In this document: piece by piece, positions 56,398-64,000 of the stretch
Layout: each line of letters opens with the position of its first letter
How positions within the stretch are numbered: the stretch's first letter is position 1
Source of the DNA: an uncultured Candidatus Saccharimonadales bacterium
Lineage (GTDB): Bacteria; Patescibacteriota; Saccharimonadia; UBA4664
Assembly (NCBI GenBank): GCA_964609585.1
Contig: CAZSRA010000002.1
Coordinates: 46,820 to 110,819 of the forward strand
DNA: 64,000 bases
Direction of reading: 5' to 3'
Position numbers and translations under genes: made by a program
The notes under the pieces: model-generated
Seen by the model: only the letters and a program-made list of their open reading frames with translations
Told to the model about the DNA's origin: nothing
The model's database searches: none

Positions 56398-58191
56398 CTA
56401 CTCCTTTATGTGCTTGGGTAATATGACGGTGAACGTACTGCCCCGACCGAGCTCAGATGCGACTTGAATGCGACCACGGTGCAAGTCAACAATCTGTTTA
56501 GCTAAGTATAGCCCTAAACCGCTGCCACTGGCGCCGGTTTTTTCGGCATTGGCAGCGCGGGAGAACCGTTTGAAGAGGTTGGGAAGGTCTTTGGCCGCGA
56601 TGCCGATGCCGTCATCTTTGACCTGAATCATAAGTTGATGAGCGGTTTGTTTTAGCTTTAATTCAACTTTACCACCCTCAGGAGAATATTTGCTGGCGTT
56701 GGTGAGGAGGTTGTCGAATACCATTTGGAGCTTGGCTTTGTCGGCGGTAATGGTGAGGCTTTTGGGTGCCTCGATGTGGACGACTTGGCGGCGGCCGCGG
56801 ATGAGCTCGTGTTGTTCGGCCACGGCGCTGCGGAGGAGACTAGCGATGTCCACTGGGGCGTATTCGAGCACGATCTGGCCAGCATCGAGTTTGGCTACAT
56901 CGAGCATGTCGTCAATGATTTTGAGCTCGTGCTCGTTTTCGGCGAAGGCTTGAGTGAGGTTTTCAGTTTGCTCGGCTGTGAGGGTGCCGTTGTAGCCTTC
57001 GAGCAAGAGCGACAACAGACCTTTGACGGCGGTAGCGGGAGTGCGCAACTGGTGCGACGCCAGTGATACGAATTCAGATTTGAGGCGGTCGACTTCTCTT
57101 TCTTTGGTGATATCACGGATGACGTCAATGCCGCCAATGATGTTGCCTTTGAGAATAATAGGCGTGGCGGTGACGGAAACGGGGAACAGCCGGTTGTCAG
57201 CGGAGCGGTAGAAATAGTCGGCACTGGAGACGCTGCGTCCGGTTTGGAGGGCTTTTTGCATGGGGCGATGCGGCCTGGGGATGAGTCGGCCGGTCTGATC
57301 TTCAAGCGCGATGGTCGAATAAAAATGGCGGCCTTTGATATCGTCTAGGCTAGCACCGGTGAGGCGGGCAAATTCGCGGTTGGCAAAGAAAATGCGGCCG
57401 ACTTTGTTCATGGCTACGACCCCTTCTCCGATGCTTGAGAGCAAAGCTTCGTCTTCGGCTTGGCTCTTTTCGGTTTCGGCAAGGCGATCACGGAGGAGTT
57501 TGGTTTGGCTGGCGACGCGGCTTTCGAGTTGCTCAGTTTTTTGAGCCAGTTTGCGTACGAGCATTTGGTGGACGGTGAGATCGCGGATGATGGCAGTACT
57601 GAAGGTTTGGGCGCCGGTCTGCCAGGTGGCAAACGACAACTCGACGGGGAATTTATGGCCGGTCCGATGTTTGGCCGTGGCCTCAATGAGCTTGCCGAGC
57701 TGATTGCTGCCGAGACTTGGTGGCGGCGGGAGGGTACGGAGGTAGTTTGGATCAAGGTCCGGGATGAGAAGGGTTAGCGATTTGCCAGTGGTACCAGCGA
57801 GCGGCCGTCCGAAGATAATTTCGGCAGCGCGGTTCATGTAGGAAATGGCGCCGTGTTTGTCGATGGTGAGGATGGCGTCATTGGCGGTGTCGGCGACGGC
57901 CCTAAATTTGGTCTCACTGCCGTAGAGTTCGTTTGTGCGGGCGGCGACGATGGTTTCGAGGTCAATGTTGAGTTGCTTTAGCTGGCCGAGTTTCTCGCGA
58001 ATTACTTCGAGCATAAGCTGCACACCGACATAGAGCTCGCTAAATTCATCGTGAGGGCCGGTGAGCGGAACGTCGCGCGTGAAGTCCCCTACTGCGGCCT
58101 GAGCCAAAACGGGCATAAGTGCTTCGAGACGTTTTTTTACTTGCGCTTTGTAGGGTGATTTATCTGGAATTGGGGCGACTTGTTTAACCAT
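56398..58191 (-). CDS. Soluble sensor histidine kinase with tandem PAS domains
   Basis: No TM segment. PAS-like regions (AVADTANDAILTIDKHGAISYMNRAAEIIFG; LSSIGEGVVAMNKVGRIFFANREFARLTG); H-box FVSLASHQLRTPATAVKG; LLTNASKYS; DDGIGI; GSGLGL. Confidence 0.85.
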   Translation of the reverse strand: MVKQVAPIPDKSPYKAQVKKRLEALMPVLAQAAVGDFTRDVPLTGPHDEFSELYVGVQLMLEVIREKLGQLKQLNIDLETIVAARTNELYGSETKFRAVADTANDAILTIDKHGAISYMNRAAEIIFGRPLAGTTGKSLTLLIPDLDPNYLRTLPPPPSLGSNQLGKLIEATAKHRTGHKFPVELSFATWQTGAQTFSTAIIRDLTVHQMLVRKLAQKTEQLESRVASQTKLLRDRLAETEKSQAEDEALLSSIGEGVVAMNKVGRIFFANREFARLTGASLDDIKGRHFYSTIALEDQTGRLIPRPHRPMQKALQTGRSVSSADYFYRSADNRLFPVSVTATPIILKGNIIGGIDVIRDITKEREVDRLKSEFVSLASHQLRTPATAVKGLLSLLLEGYNGTLTAEQTENLTQAFAENEHELKIIDDMLDVAKLDAGQIVLEYAPVDIASLLRSAVAEQHELIRGRRQVVHIEAPKSLTITADKAKLQMVFDNLLTNASKYSPEGGKVELKLKQTAHQLMIQVKDDGIGIAAKDLPNLFKRFSRAANAEKTGASGSGLGLYLAKQIVDLHRGRIQVASELGRGSTFTVILPKHIKE

Positions 58192-58564
58192 GCTGTGTCG
58201 TTCCCATTTTTAAGAATGCCATGGCCTCTTTTCGGCTGCCAAAAAATTTAACCTTGGAGGTTTGGCCGGACGCCCTGATCACGAGACTTACTACGTATCT
58301 TAGGATAGGGTCGCTGCTGTAGATTGCGGCTCGGTCATATTTGAGAGTCCGGAGACCTTCGGCAGCGGCCCTGCGAGCCGTGGTGTCCTGTTTGCCCAGT
58401 TTTGTGAGGTCAATGAGCGCAAAGACAGGGCGTTTTTCGTCCTTTAGCTGTTTGGTTAAAACGGCAAGTTTTTCAGTCATGCGAGTAACGGTCTCGCCAG
58501 TTTGGTCACCCACATGTTGATTGTAGATGAAACCGCTTTTGCTTAGATAGACGCGATTGGGCAT
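58184..58564 (-). CDS. STAS/SpoIIAA-like small protein (tentative), first gene of the PAS-kinase operon
   Basis: 126 aa; ...RPVFALIDLTKLGKQDTTARRAAAEGL...KVKFFGSRKEAMAFLK resembles the anti-sigma-antagonist/STAS fold. Overlaps the kinase start by 8 nt. Confidence 0.35.
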   Translation of the reverse strand: MPNRVYLSKSGFIYNQHVGDQTGETVTRMTEKLAVLTKQLKDEKRPVFALIDLTKLGKQDTTARRAAAEGLRTLKYDRAAIYSSDPILRYVVSLVIRASGQTSKVKFFGSRKEAMAFLKMGTTQHG

Positions 58565-58705
58565 GGATTTTGCGTTTCTTAATCATGGTTATGGTACCAT
58601 TTCTTTGCATAATAAGCATAACTAGTTTGAAAATTAAGTATGGCTATGCTAGGCTTTGGGTTAGAGAAATAAATGGGTACTTAATCTGGTAATGGGCGGG
58701 CGGCT

Positions 58706-59086
58706 ATGACCAAGATCTTGCTCGTTGAAGATTACGAAAGCATTCGTAATGTTTATTTTTTTGCCCTGACCGAAGAAGGATTTTCAGTTGATACCGCTGG
58801 GAGTGGGGCCGAAGCGCTCCGACTGGTGGCGAAATCAGTATATGATTTGATTTGTCTAGATATGGTTATGCTCCAGTATAGTGGGCTTGAGTTTTTAGAG
58901 AAGTTTCGAGCTCAGCAGGCCAACGTTAAAACAAAAGTGATAGTGCTGAGCAATATTGATAGCCCGGCAATCGTTGAACGCGCAAAGGCTTTGGGAGCTG
59001 TGAAATATCTTATTAAGGCACACTATACGCCGAAGCAACTAGCTGCGATGATTCGCGAAATACTCAGCGCTCCCTCGGGTCAGTAA
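58706..59086 (+). CDS. Response regulator, receiver domain only
   Basis: KILLVEDYE...LICLDMVML...VIVLSN...YLIK; 126 aa. Confidence 0.85.
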   Translation: MTKILLVEDYESIRNVYFFALTEEGFSVDTAGSGAEALRLVAKSVYDLICLDMVMLQYSGLEFLEKFRAQQANVKTKVIVLSNIDSPAIVERAKALGAVKYLIKAHYTPKQLAAMIREILSAPSGQ

Positions 59087-59092
59087 GCAGTT

Positions 59093-59491
59093 TTAAGCTG
59101 TGGCTGGTTTGCGGGCGTCGGGTTCGAGAGCCGCGCGGACGTCGTCGATTATTTCTCCAAGCCGGTGCTCGGCTTTGATGTAGAACTGGGTAGCACCGAG
59201 CTGTAAATAGGCTCGACGTTTTTCGGGTGAGGCGGTATTGGAGACGATAAAAGCAGGAATGTGCTTAAATTTCGGGGCGTTTTTTATTTGCTCGAGGAAA
59301 TCAAGACCGGTACCCGTGCCCAGTAAATAATGGTCGAGCCAAATGGCATCTACTGGAGTATCTTGAACCTGCTTCAGGGCGTCGGCCGAGGTACTGGCAC
59401 ACACAACAGAAAAATTGCTTTTTTCTAACTTAATTTTGATAGCATTCATAAGCGAAATGTCATCTTCTACGAGGAGAACGGTTTTTTTCAT
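59093..59491 (-). CDS. Response regulator, receiver domain only (divergent REC)
   Basis: TVLLVEDD...AIWLDHYLL...AFIVSN...FYIK; 132 aa. Confidence 0.8.
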   Translation of the reverse strand: MKKTVLLVEDDISLMNAIKIKLEKSNFSVVCASTSADALKQVQDTPVDAIWLDHYLLGTGTGLDFLEQIKNAPKFKHIPAFIVSNTASPEKRRAYLQLGATQFYIKAEHRLGEIIDDVRAALEPDARKPATA

Positions 59492-59739
59492 ACGGTGAGA
59501 CCTTGTTTAGCTACAGCATTCATTTCACGAACGGCATCATCTACCATGGTTTTGTCCTGAGTTAGAATTTCAAGAGCAGTCTTAATGGAGTCGGCCAGCT
59601 TGACGACGTCGGCCCGGGTGATGTCTTCGGGTTTCTTTTCTAGATGGAAATTAATTTGCCGACGGACAAAGCGTTCGGCGGCAGGGCCGAGATATTTTTC
59701 GTTGACCGTGATGAGCTGGTTGTAAAAGCTAGTGGTCAT
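59488..59739 (-). CDS. Hypothetical small protein (83 aa)
   Basis: ORF translationally coupled to the downstream RR; no motif recognised. Confidence 0.4.
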   Translation of the reverse strand: MTTSFYNQLITVNEKYLGPAAERFVRRQINFHLEKKPEDITRADVVKLADSIKTALEILTQDKTMVDDAVREMNAVAKQGLTV

Positions 59740-59750
59740 TGCGCCCCTGT

Positions 59751-60737
59751 CTACATGGTTTCAATAAGGGTCAATTTCTTTGCGCCTTGGCTCACCAGTA
59801 TATAGCCAAAAAGTTGGATGAATACAAACAGGTAAAGCAGGCCAAGGACGGCGGGAATCCCAACACCAAGGAGTCTTTGGCTGCCGGTGGACTGCAGCCC
59901 CTGCAGGAAAATAGCGCCAGCCTCAATGAGTATCATGCCATACGACAACGAGCTCATGAATTTGCGGTAAATGAAGCCAGTAACCGCACGCTGATACCGG
60001 TACATGCTGCCGATCGCTAAAAAGCCGAGCGCCCAACTCACGATGACCGGCAGGGTGATGGTGGTGGCGATGAGCCAGTCTGGTAAGTAGTAAGTGGCGG
60101 TTATGGTGGCGTTTGCGCCAACCTGACGATTGGGATTGGTAAAGGTCAGGGCAATATAGGCTGCTGCGAGGACAATGAACACAAGCATAGAGAAAGTCCC
60201 CGCCAGACCCATTTGCTTGAGGCCAACCTTGCCATAACCAAGTTCGCGAATAGCTTTCCAAAAGTAGAAAAAACCAGCTAAGGGAGCTAAGGCGTAGAGA
60301 TAGTTGGTGATAATGGCCGTGGTAACAATAAGCTGATGAACGCCAGGATAATGGCTGCGGATTGTTCCGATAAGGGTAGCCAGAATGAGACTCCAGACCA
60401 AGGTCATAATGCCACGCGAGAACAAACGAAAGGGACGAGCCGAAGCCTTGTCTTTGATGGAACGTGCATACTGCTCCAGCCTGATGTAGCCAAAAACGCC
60501 CAAGGTCCAGCTAGCGATCCAGGGTGTCAGAACGGTGATAGTAAGGGCTATTTTTGCGAAGGTGCTTAGATGGTAATCCATACTCGAAGCCGTGGGCGGC
60601 GGGGGGAATAAGATGGTGAAGACGATGTACAGACCGATAGCCAATGCCAAGGAGGCTAGATTGATAGTTTGAAATGTCCGAACGGACTTAGATTTTGGTG
60701 CCTGCTTCATTACATGTTGCCTACGTTGCTTGACCAT
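59751..60737 (-). CDS. Polytopic membrane protein (hypothetical), between a kinase and REC genes
   Basis: 328 aa with 8-9 hydrophobic helices. Confidence 0.5.
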   Translation of the reverse strand: MVKQRRQHVMKQAPKSKSVRTFQTINLASLALAIGLYIVFTILFPPPPTASSMDYHLSTFAKIALTITVLTPWIASWTLGVFGYIRLEQYARSIKDKASARPFRLFSRGIMTLVWSLILATLIGTIRSHYPGVHQLIVTTAIITNYLYALAPLAGFFYFWKAIRELGYGKVGLKQMGLAGTFSMLVFIVLAAAYIALTFTNPNRQVGANATITATYYLPDWLIATTITLPVIVSWALGFLAIGSMYRYQRAVTGFIYRKFMSSLSYGMILIEAGAIFLQGLQSTGSQRLLGVGIPAVLGLLYLFVFIQLFGYILVSQGAKKLTLIETM

Positions 60738-60752
60738 ATTATAGCATAAGCG

Positions 60753-62141
60753 TTATAAGCCTGAACCCTTAGCCGCAGGGTGATAGGCTTCATCAATCGA
60801 CTTTGATCCGGCTTTTTTGGCCATGCCAGCGAGTGGCAGCGAAACATAGAACGTGGTGCCTTGATTTTCTATGGAATCGAACCAGATTTTGCCTCCGGAA
60901 TATTCGACAATAGCTTTTGTGATGTAGAGCCCAAGTCCGGTACCATCGGTTTCTTTATTTAAGACGTTGTCGGCCCGGAAGAGTTTGCTGAAGATTCGCC
61001 CCTTTTGGGCTTCCGGTATACCATAACCGTTATCTTTGACGCTAATTAATAGCGAATTGGATGTTTTTTTCTGGATTGAGAAATCTATATGACCGCCTAT
61101 GGGTGTATATTTTACGGCGTTGGACAAAAGATTGTCGATGACGATCCCAGTAAGTTTAGGGTCGATATTCATGACGGGTATGTCTTTGTCGTAATGCTCC
61201 TCGAGGCCGAGTTTACGCTTGAAAATGCGCGGTTCGAGGTCGGTCACAATCTGATCAGCCAGCTCCAATATATTTGTGGGCTCCGGGTCAACGGTGAAAC
61301 TGCCGACCTCAATGCGCGAAACATTGAGCAAGTCTCCCACCAGCGCTACCATCCGCTGGTTCCCCCGGTAGATTTCGTCGACGTATTTACGCTGTTCCTT
61401 GCTAATTTTACCCGCATCGCCGGCGAGCAGCATTTCGGCGTACCAATTAATAGTGGAAAGCGGGGTGCGGAGTTGATGGGAAGCGAGAGAGACAAATTCA
61501 GTTTTGGCCCGGTCGATTTCTTTCTCTTTGGTGATGTCGCGGAAAACTTCAATGGCGCCGATAGCCCTTCCTTCTACCAGGACCGGTGAAACTGTAATGG
61601 CGGTCGGAAAACGGCTATGGTCGCTGCGCACATAATAGTAGCTACCTGTTGACGAGATGGGCGCGGAGTGCCTGGACTTGCTCAGGAGGACTTTATTGAG
61701 CGGGCGAGCGTCGCCTGAAACTTCTTTGCCAGCCTCGTCCTCAAGTCGAAAGATTTTTGTAGCTTCCCGGCCGAGTATTTCGTCCTTTGGATCCCACAAA
61801 AACTTTTTTAGGGCCACATCGTTGATAAAAATGATTTTTCCATGGCTATCGGTCGCAAAGACGCCATCGCCAATGCTTGAAAGGAGTGCTTCGTCTTTGG
61901 CTTTGGCTTGTTCCAGTGCTCTGGTTCGTTCACGTACGCTGTCTTCAAATTCGAAGAAGAGCAAAACAGCACCGGCGGCCAGGAGCCCAATGATAATGGC
62001 GGCCTTGACCAGCATCGCACCCGGGATACCGGATTTAGTGGCATCGAGGCTAGCAATCCATAACCCAACGGCAACCAGCGACGCAGCAATGAGAGCGGTT
62101 GCCAGCACCACAGAGACATGACGTCGGGTCACATTTATCAC
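60753..62141 (-). CDS. Sensor histidine kinase (2 TM plus PAS plus HisKA plus HATPase)
   Basis: N-terminal TM pair; PAS (LSSIGDGVFATDSHGKIIFINDVALKKF); H-box FVSLASHQLRTPLSTINWY; LLSNAVKYT; DNGYGI; GTGLGL. Confidence 0.85.
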   Translation of the reverse strand: MINVTRRHVSVVLATALIAASLVAVGLWIASLDATKSGIPGAMLVKAAIIIGLLAAGAVLLFFEFEDSVRERTRALEQAKAKDEALLSSIGDGVFATDSHGKIIFINDVALKKFLWDPKDEILGREATKIFRLEDEAGKEVSGDARPLNKVLLSKSRHSAPISSTGSYYYVRSDHSRFPTAITVSPVLVEGRAIGAIEVFRDITKEKEIDRAKTEFVSLASHQLRTPLSTINWYAEMLLAGDAGKISKEQRKYVDEIYRGNQRMVALVGDLLNVSRIEVGSFTVDPEPTNILELADQIVTDLEPRIFKRKLGLEEHYDKDIPVMNIDPKLTGIVIDNLLSNAVKYTPIGGHIDFSIQKKTSNSLLISVKDNGYGIPEAQKGRIFSKLFRADNVLNKETDGTGLGLYITKAIVEYSGGKIWFDSIENQGTTFYVSLPLAGMAKKAGSKSIDEAYHPAAKGSGL

Positions 62142-62506
62142 TATTTCGTGAGCTCCTCGTGGATACGGTCGACGATTACTTTTAGGGGCGTGTCGGCTTT
62201 CACGATGTAGTCGATGGCACCAAGACTTTTGGCCTTTTGGAGGTCCTCGCCCTGGCTCAGGTTGGTTGTAACAATGACGGGTACTTTGAAGCCGCGTCGC
62301 TTCATTTCTTCAAGCGTTTCGAACCCGGTCATTTCCGGCATTATGAGGTCGAGTAGCATGATATCGAACTTTTGTTTGGCAAGCAGCGCTAGGGCTTCGC
62401 GCCCGTTGCGAGCAACGGCGACATCATAGCCGGAATGTTTGAGCTTAAGCTCTAGCGAGGCAGCTAGAGCTTCTTCATCTTCGACAACGAGAACGGAATG
62501 AGCCAT
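62141..62506 (-). CDS. Response regulator, receiver domain only
   Basis: SVLVVEDEE...IMLLDLIMP...VIVTTN...YIVK; 121 aa. Its stop overlaps the kinase start. Confidence 0.85.
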   Translation of the reverse strand: MAHSVLVVEDEEALAASLELKLKHSGYDVAVARNGREALALLAKQKFDIMLLDLIMPEMTGFETLEEMKRRGFKVPVIVTTNLSQGEDLQKAKSLGAIDYIVKADTPLKVIVDRIHEELTK

Positions 62507-62639
62507 CTTTGCTTTCCTGTTTATGGTTATGCTTAATTGCTTCGATTATATCCTATCTGGAGCGCTGGTGACGCTACAATAAAGCTTATGCTTGATTATG
62601 ATATTAATAGTATCATTAAGGTATGAATAGTGCATCGAT

Positions 62640-63980
62640 ATGAAGGTGATTTCAAAAAACCCATCACGAGGATACGAGGTTGTTGGCGAAATTGAGGCCT
62701 CAACTCGCGCCGATGTGCAGGCGGCGGTTGAGGCCGCCCGGATAGCTGGGGCGTCTTGGGGCGCTACCGCGATAGCTACGCGGTGTCAGTACATCGCGGC
62801 GTTTCTGCAGGTTGCACAAAGCCGAGCCGAGGATATTGCTAGGCTTATGTCGCTCGAAAGCGGGCTGCCGATACGGGACGCAAGGCAAGACACGGCGGAT
62901 GGTATTCAGTATTTGAAAACAGCAATCGGACAGGCAGTAGAAGTTTTGACCCCGCAAGTAATATCCGAAGGCCATACCCAGTTGCACCGCATATACCGCG
63001 AGGCGCGAGGTGTGGCGGCAGCAATTTGCTCACTACAGCCTTCGTTCTTGACTTTAGCTAGGCAATGCGGCGCAGCTCTACTAGCGGGGAACGTGGTAGT
63101 TTATTTGGATTCTGGGGCGCACCTTCTCTTTTCTGGATTGATGGCCGAACTCGTGGCGACTACCGGTATCCCGACCGGGGTATTTACCGTGATTCATGGT
63201 GACGACGAGGCTGGTAAATGGCTAGCTGAGTGCGAGATGGATATGATTTTGTTTTGTGGTGGTGACTCCCCCGTTTTGCGGATGCTGGCGCTAGCTGCGA
63301 GCCAAAGGTCTATTCCATTTATGGCAGAGCCTAGAGGTTCAGGAGCTACGGTGGTTTTTGAAGATGCTGACATCGTGGGACTGATTGATTATATCTTTGG
63401 ACTCGGGTTTCATCGCAACCGGCAGCCATACATAGCAAGTAGGCGCCTCGTGGTCCACGAGAGCAGGTTCGATGAGCTGGTCCAAAAGCTGCGAATGGTC
63501 GTAGAAGGCAAGCGGGTGGGTGATGCATCGGATGAGACGACCGACCTCGGACCGCTCGCTTCGAAGCGCGAGCTTGAACTGATTGAGGCGCAGGTGCGAG
63601 AGGCTGTACATGGAGGTGCTTCGGTAGTGACCGGTGGGGCACGGCCAGAAGGACTCGATGGTGCTTATTATTTGCCCACTATCTTGACTGGCGTGAGCAC
63701 TGATATGCGGGTGTGGCAAGAAGAGGTAGCCGGAGCGGTACTGCCGGTGGTGTCGTTTGCGAGCGAGGAAGAAGCTGTGGGGCTCGCCCATGATGGTAAC
63801 CGTTGCCTTAGCGTCCAGGTGATGACGGCTGATTTGGACCGATTTCGGCGTATAGCGGGACTGATGCGAGCTCGTGTGGTAGCTCAAAATGCTGTGGGAG
63901 TATCGGAAATTGAACGCCCGAATGACGCCTTTGGGTTTGAAGGTGTGACGAAAGCAAAGTTGGTTTGCGAGGAAAAGTAG
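62640..63980 (+). CDS. Aldehyde dehydrogenase superfamily protein lacking the catalytic cysteine (Cys replaced by Tyr)
   Basis: ALDH-like along its full length (EEVAGAVLPVVSFASEEEAVGLAHD matches the EE[IV]FGPV...F..EEA motif; the Glu position is retained in MAEPRGSGA). The nucleophile motif G-Q-x-C reads FHRNRQPYIASRRLV, with no Cys at that position. Confidence 0.65.
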   Translation: MKVISKNPSRGYEVVGEIEASTRADVQAAVEAARIAGASWGATAIATRCQYIAAFLQVAQSRAEDIARLMSLESGLPIRDARQDTADGIQYLKTAIGQAVEVLTPQVISEGHTQLHRIYREARGVAAAICSLQPSFLTLARQCGAALLAGNVVVYLDSGAHLLFSGLMAELVATTGIPTGVFTVIHGDDEAGKWLAECEMDMILFCGGDSPVLRMLALAASQRSIPFMAEPRGSGATVVFEDADIVGLIDYIFGLGFHRNRQPYIASRRLVVHESRFDELVQKLRMVVEGKRVGDASDETTDLGPLASKRELELIEAQVREAVHGGASVVTGGARPEGLDGAYYLPTILTGVSTDMRVWQEEVAGAVLPVVSFASEEEAVGLAHDGNRCLSVQVMTADLDRFRRIAGLMRARVVAQNAVGVSEIERPNDAFGFEGVTKAKLVCEEK

Positions 63981-64000
63981 AGGGTCGGCGCGCTACTCCA

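Noticed and set aside
1-64000. CRISPR arrays, rRNA genes, transposases, integrases, phage structural genes
   Set aside because: No periodic repeat-spacer structure, no rRNA-like stretches, and no DDE/tyrosine-recombinase-like translations were seen anywhere in the window.

Overview
This is a 64-kb stretch of bacterial chromosome with a roughly 55% GC backbone and several short high-GC blocks of about 63-70% GC that look like insertions (GC judged by eye, not computed). The translation signals look Gram-positive/Terrabacteria-like (GGAGG-type Shine-Dalgarno sites), and several surface proteins carry Pro/Thr-rich linkers. Main contents, in order:

- **1-9.5 kb:** a minus-strand surface-glycan cluster (membrane protein, GT4, two tandem GT2, GT4, GtrB-like GT2, Wzx flippase), split by a 2.5-kb high-GC insert carrying a truncated cation-diffusion-facilitator (CDF) transporter.
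- **10.4 kb:** a tRNA-Glu(UUC) locus flanked by orphan high-GC ORFs.
- **11-13 kb:** two membrane-anchored surface proteins with Pro/Thr-rich linkers.
- **13-20 kb:** pyrimidine genes (pyrC, pyrD, pyrF, pyrE; pyrB sits at 35 kb) together with rlmA and a polysaccharide deacetylase.
- **20-27 kb:** an unusual minus-strand operon of a PaaK-like adenylating enzyme, a ThiF/E1-like enzyme, an Acg-type nitroreductase, a sensor kinase and a receiver-only regulator.
- **27-41 kb:** an aminotransferase, a cutinase-bearing high-GC island, a PfkB kinase plus adenosylhomocysteinase (ahcY), folD, and an MgtA-like P-type ATPase with a ~500-nt leader.
- **42-49 kb:** a respiratory cluster (ndh, cyoE, polyprenyl synthase, cyoDCBA).
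- **50-52 kb:** an MFS transporter on a high-GC block.
- **53.6-55.6 kb:** a two-domain terpene-cyclase-like / terpene-synthase-like fusion protein.
- **55.6-62.5 kb:** a dense array of histidine kinases and receiver-only response regulators.
- **62.6-64 kb:** an aldehyde-dehydrogenase-like protein lacking the catalytic cysteine.

No CRISPR array, rRNA gene, transposase or integrase was seen. All domain assignments rest on reading motifs in the supplied translations by eye; no database search was run.
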